Source: Chlorokybus atmophyticus (lineage: Eukaryota; Plantae; Mesostigma and Chlorokybus algae). Taken from it: DNA of 64,000 nucleotides. Location of the stretch: positions 62,001 to 126,000 of the forward strand of contig RHPI01000446.1 of assembly GCA_009103225.1 (NCBI GenBank), in the 5' to 3' direction. Numbering within the stretch: position 1 is the stretch's first letter; every line of letters starts with the position of its first letter. Shown piece after piece: positions 58,652 to 64,000 of this stretch. Under the pieces are notes generated by a model. That model ran no database searches and had not been told where the DNA came from. It was given only the letters and a program-made list of their open reading frames with translations. A program made the position numbers and the translations under genes.

Positions 58652-59588
58652 CGATGTTGTTGATGATGGAAATGGCATGTACTATAATGTGCACAACAAA
58701 TATTCTTGCACAATAAAAGGCACATTGTCTTTTGAAGGTGCACTTGCTTCATGCTGTGTGTGAAGACAGCGCCGGTTGTGACTGAGGCTGATGCTGTACT
58801 GGCCGCAGCAGCCTTGTTGCAAGCTCATTAGCACATGGCACAGTTATGTAGTCTATGACTAGCACACAAGGGTGTGAACAATGCGTAATGCAATGCGCAC
58901 ACGCATGGACAGCACACAAGCTTAACGACTGTGAGGCATTGAGTGCATGCTGCTATTGCTTGAAACTTCTGTACAACATACTGCCCATTCTTGCATGTGA
59001 TGCGAAATCCCCTTTGCATCTCTTGTATACAAAAACACAAGGACACATAATTGCACCACAGGGCTAACCAACCCTGGTTGGGTCTAGCTACTATTTCACT
59101 ACTTAGACCACTACCACTACACCATCCCGTCAGTCAGTCATGCATCCATTGCAGCAATTGTCCGTGCCATCATATGGTTACGAGCGTGTGTACAGCATGC
59201 TGCATGCCCTGCACATGGACAGTGCGCGACAACACAAAGCCCTTGCAACCTCCATTCCATCTAGCAGAGCGCCGTGCACACTCATGGCGGGATAGTGCTT
59301 GTCTTGGTTATGCATGCCTTGGGTGTGTCTAACCTACGGGTTGTGCCAACCGCGTGTGCGCGAATGCATGCCAGTGTGATACACCACTCCTGTTGTTTTT
59401 GCCTACACGGCCAAACGTTCCTGATTCATATGGACTACCTGCACATGCATATTATGTACAGTCTTATACAGTCAAAGCTACACACTATACACGGCCCTGT
59501 AATAGAGTCACTAGCGGGAATGTACATACACACAACACTGATATACACGGCTGATAAGCACGTACCCTTTCGTGCACCCATGCGCGCA

Positions 59589-62239
59589 TCACAGCCGGCA
59601 GAAGGTCAGGAGGATGCGCCTCCACGAAACGGTGACGATCCTCACGATGATTGCTTCCATCAGCGGCATATCATGGTAAGGAGGAGGTGAAGGTGTCCAT
59701 GATGAAGCTTCTGATGATGCTTGAGGGCGCCAGCCAACGAGCCACGCGTCGCCGAGACAACCTGTCCTCAATAGAGCCGGCGAGCGCAGCGCAAATGGCG
59801 CGGAGAAGTACGCGCGGAACGTCGCGTGAAGCAGCCCGCGCAGGCTGTTGCGCTGCGGGAAACTCCTGCGTGTGAACAAGGAAGACCCAACATGCATGTT
59901 GTCACGACTTGTACACGAGCAGCAACTAGTACAGGTCATGGCTTGGAACATGGTACACAGAGTTTGTTGTACCTGCGGCGAAGATGGCAGTACGTGTCCA
60001 GCACCAATAGGGAGTTACGTGCGATGAGGTTGATCAAGAGGGCGTTGCGAATCACTGAAGCGGCGCCTCGCAACCTGTGCAGCTGCTGCCACCGACGCAT
60101 GCGGCGCTCACGCTTGGCCACCGTCCTTGCCTATGCGAGCACAAGCGCGAGCAAGTCAACACCAATTCTTCAACTTGCACATGAACACTACACCGAGAAA
60201 AACGAATTGGACTTTACAAGTTGCACGCAACATTGAAGCTCGTCATCACGTCAATGTGTTACCTGCATCAAGTAGCGGCCGTATGCAGCACGAACACACT
60301 GCCGCGGTGGCACTCCAATGAGCCTGCGCTTGCAACGATCACGAGGTGAGGCGAGCAACACATGCACAGCACAGCGCAATATGACACCACGTGAAAGACT
60401 CACCTCGGTATCCACAACACGCGCAGGGAATATGTGGTGGCTGAGCCTTCAGGTGCTCTAGGCGGCCACCTCACCTGCGCAGCATTCTGTGACCAACAGT
60501 TGCAGGGGGTTTGCGCTTAGAGCCACTTGAAGCAAATCGCAAGGGGGGATTCAGGAAACACCACTAAGTAGGCAAAACTGCTATGCCATGGAATTACATG
60601 CTCTTGGCAGGACATCCAAGCAGCAACACTCACAACAACTTGGTTGTCCGGCTCCTCTGCAATGGAACAGATCAAGTCGTTCATCAACAACTGGCGCACC
60701 CACAGTGCAGGCGTGTCTGCAATCTCCCGACAGTCCTGCAAGCAGCAGTTGAACCAGATATGAAGTGTCGGTTTGCAGACTAATTGCTTACATCACAGGA
60801 CAAAATAATGGTGTGTACTCACTTGGCCACATAGCCGCACAAGACTTGCCAAACAACGATGCATGTTGCGCTGTACCTTGGAGACTGCAGAGAATGCGGC
60901 GAGCTCTCGAGCATCCAGTTTGGCGAGAACTTTGAGCAAAACATCGGGAGGGAGATGTGGCAACGCGTTTGAGCTATGTTGTTGCAACAACGCGTACTCT
61001 TGACGGCTGACCAACACCTGATTGACAATCTCACTGCCACTCCAGCAGCCGCTATGATCAACTACCTGATGGAAGTTGAGCGCATGTCTAACGGAGTTTA
61101 CATAAGGGACAACATGCGAGCTGCAAAGGGTAAGAAGGTGCTGTACCTGAATGGGCTGCTCCTCCGTGAACTGCGCTTCGTCAGCCACAACTACTGTGAA
61201 TGTGTGGTCCTCTACACCTGGAGCAAAGCCAAGGAGGCACTTTTCTCCTGAGCTCACTGCATGTGGGGCCTGTGATACCAACATGATGTAAAGCATTTAT
61301 ACATACATGCAAGCAAACTCACACACGCATGTATGCACGCACATGCATGCACATACGCAGCTGTCACAGTATGGCGTGCATGTAACCGTCCTGCAACACG
61401 ACTCCTACCGCATAGCTTGGTGTAGATATCCTCCGTGTCTTGTTAACAACCTTGCGCAGAAACTGGCATGCCAGCTGCAGTAAACAGCTGCTGGCTCTAA
61501 ACACATGCTTTGAAACCTGCGGAGCAAGCCTTGATCTGTGGTTTGTCATCAACGTCATATAACAACTTGTTGTGCGATCTGCAACGTGTTACAAGCCCAC
61601 AAGTGGTTGACTGCGAGAAAAGCGTGCATAGCGCAACAGCCAAGGTCAGTTATACGCGCAGATATACTATATGCCACAACCCTTGAAGAGGAATTGTGCA
61701 GAAGGACTCATTGCTGCATGGCCAAGTCACACATGTAAAGTAAAGATACTTACCGCCAACACGCAGCCACCAGTAAAGTATTGCTGGATCGCCCGCAGCC
61801 AAATCCTCCCAGCATGACTGATGACGGCACTGGCGGCTGCCTTGACACTCTAATTAAACCACACAACCACACAATTGAGGTCAGTCTCGATTGACAGAGC
61901 AACGAAAACGCCAGGCCAAGCAGAAAATTGTTCTACCAGTGGACCAGTATGATGCTGCAGTAGACTAAGCCAAGTCTGCTCCGAGTCGACCAGCGTCAGA
62001 AAGGGGACAACAGGAAGACGGAGAAACTCCCCAATGCGGGAAGAAACGAGCACTAAGGCCAGGCTGGCAAGCGGCCGGACCACAGACGGCGGAGCAATTG
62101 CGGGCGGCAGCCTCGAAGCAGCATTGCCCCAACTAGTCCTGCTCGCAGCAGCAGAGTCCCTCGCCCGGCGCACCACAGCCCTGCTGTGCCTGCGCCCTGT
62201 ACTGAACCTCCCCTCGGCAGCCGCCCTCCTCGCCGACAT
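59589..62239 (-). CDS. Putative F-box protein, multi-exon, boundaries uncertain
   Basis: F-box-like LPHLPPDVLLKVLAKLDARELAAFSAVSK ends at a GT donor and continues DCREIADTPALW. Further exon-like blocks lie at about 62239-61870, 61830-61755, 61510-61380, 60130-59970 and 59830-59590. Confidence 0.55.
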
Positions 62240-62650
62240 GGCCCACGCCGCCCTCACCGTCCACGCCAGCAACAAGCAGGCAGGTTCACAACATAGTATA
62301 TCTATCTGTCGGCGGACCTTAACCACCTTCACCGACAGTCACCGCAGCAGCAGCAACTTAAACTGTCGATGCATGACCAACTCCAGCATGCGCATACGCC
62401 GATGCTTGCAGTCCTGTGCGCTGATAGCTTTGACGTCAGCATGCCTGTTACTGCTGGCGTGGCTGTGCGGCTTGTCCACGTGGACGGCGGCGTCCGCGGC
62501 GGAGGTCTCGACATCAGACAGGCTATTGCTGGTTATAGGTGGTTGCGGATCGCACTCATTGTGGATGGGTCCTAGCTCGAAGCTAAGCGCGTGACGCAGG
62601 CGTCCATTGGCCAGGGGGCAAAGGTGGGCGTTTGGGTGAAAGGATCGCCC

Positions 62651-64000
62651 ATGTACAGGGTGTGGCCGAGTAGGCTGACAAGCAGGGCAGCACTATCCTG
62701 TGCTAGAAGCCGCCTGGTGAGTACAATGCTACATTAGTAGTGGTGGTTGTAGTCATGCTGGCATGTCATTGGCAGACAACGTCCTGACGTCCACCATCTT
62801 CTCGTCCTTCTCTGCCTCCTACAGATCCACAGCCTAATTGTTGCTGAGCACAAGGGCGGGGTCACAGCGCAAGGCACTCTCTGTGCCGTCGCCGCTGCCT
62901 CCAGACTCGCTGCTGCTGCAGGCAGTGGCGACGATAGCAGCGTCTCTGTCCTGGTTGCTGGCGACAAGGACACCCGCAAGGTTGCTGAGAGCCTCAGCAG
63001 AGTTCAACATGTTAGCAAGGTAATAATATAAGGTATTAGATACACACATTGTGATCATGGTTGCTGTGGTTGTGGTTGCAATGCTTGGCTCACACTCCAC
63101 ATTAGGTGTTGGTAGCAGAGCACGAGAGGTATGCTCACTCATTGGCAGAGCCGCTCTCATCGTTGGTATTATCCATTTGCAAAGCGGCATCATCATCCTC
63201 CACTCCGTTTACGCACGTGTTGGCTCCCTCATCGACTTTTGGCCGCAACATCCTTCCAAGGGCGGCCGCACTACTTGACGCTGCACAGGTGTCGGATGTC
63301 CTAGAGATCGTCGATGCCGACACATTCATTCGGTATGTTGGCTGTGTTGTTGCTGTTGACCTTGTTGGTTTTTGTCTTCAGCATGTGTGTCATTGCGGTG
63401 CAGGCCAATATATGCTGGCAATGCGCTATGCACGGTGCGGTACGCTCCTTCATCATCTGGACCGCGGCTTCTCACTATTCGCACAACGGCATTTCAACCT
63501 GCACAGCAGGACACCAACAGAGCACAGGCACCTATAGAAGAGGTGAACACACTGTGTAAAACTACGCGTCAATAGCATATACACACATACTTGCACGGAT
63601 GTGGTTGAAGATGGGGCTGCTGGGTCAGGTGTCAAGGGACACTGAGACAGAGGACCTGCCGGCCACCGCGTGGGTAAAGGATGAGATGAGGGCGAGTGAC
63701 AGACCGGAGCTGGGCTCTGCCAAGGTGGTTGTGTCTGGCGGCCGCGGGCTCAAGTCCAGTGAAGGGTTCACTATGCTTGAAGAGCTAGCTGACTGCCTCG
63801 GTGCTGCGCGTAAGTACTTCACACGTAACTGTTTGTATCTGAGCTGTTTACTCCTGTCGTCCCTGTCATGAAGCTGTTGTGCACTGTAGTGGGCGCTTCA
63901 AGGGCCGCAGTGGATGCCGGCATGGTGCCCAACGATCTGCAGGTACACTTGCGTTTTGGCACTCAGAGTGCCATCACGCTTTGTCAGTCTGCATTTCTCT
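62651..64000 (+). CDS. ETFA: Electron transfer flavoprotein alpha subunit, mitochondrial; 5' part, continues beyond the window
   Basis: Presequence [22 protein letters not shown], then [53 protein letters not shown] and [11 protein letters not shown]. Confidence 0.95.

Noticed and set aside
62034-62594. 186-aa plus-strand ORF
   Set aside because: Overlaps the F-box gene start antisense and has no recognisable motif; ETFA starts at 62651.

Overview
Intron-rich eukaryotic nuclear DNA with roughly balanced GC content, CA/GA microsatellites and small assembly gaps. It most likely comes from a flagellated green alga: it encodes a plastid-type penicillin-binding protein, a B12-dependent methionine synthase and a CFAP52 fragment (species not determinable). 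Bases 1-19 kb are a repeat and pseudogene zone holding a minisatellite, a degenerate transposon-like gene, an 882-bp TIR element, broken and inverted copies of the neighbouring protease gene, and a CFAP52 fragment. Bases 19-64 kb are gene-dense. In order they carry a 16-exon secreted bacterial-type subtilase-TSP3-Kelch gene, an unknown gene, an FHA/SMAP gene, METH, TMEM184, PBP1A with a small upstream ORF, a fucosyltransferase, MED31, an F-box gene and the 5' part of ETFA. The strongest novelty is METH: my manual splice model gives one in-frame 19-exon, ~2091-aa protein with two intact homocysteine+pterin modules in tandem and a possible N-terminal hydrophobic hairpin. Next are the ~1217-aa subtilase with Glu at the catalytic His position and a candidate bicistronic or uORF arrangement at the PBP gene. 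All gene models were assembled by eye from splice sites and reading phase, without transcript data.
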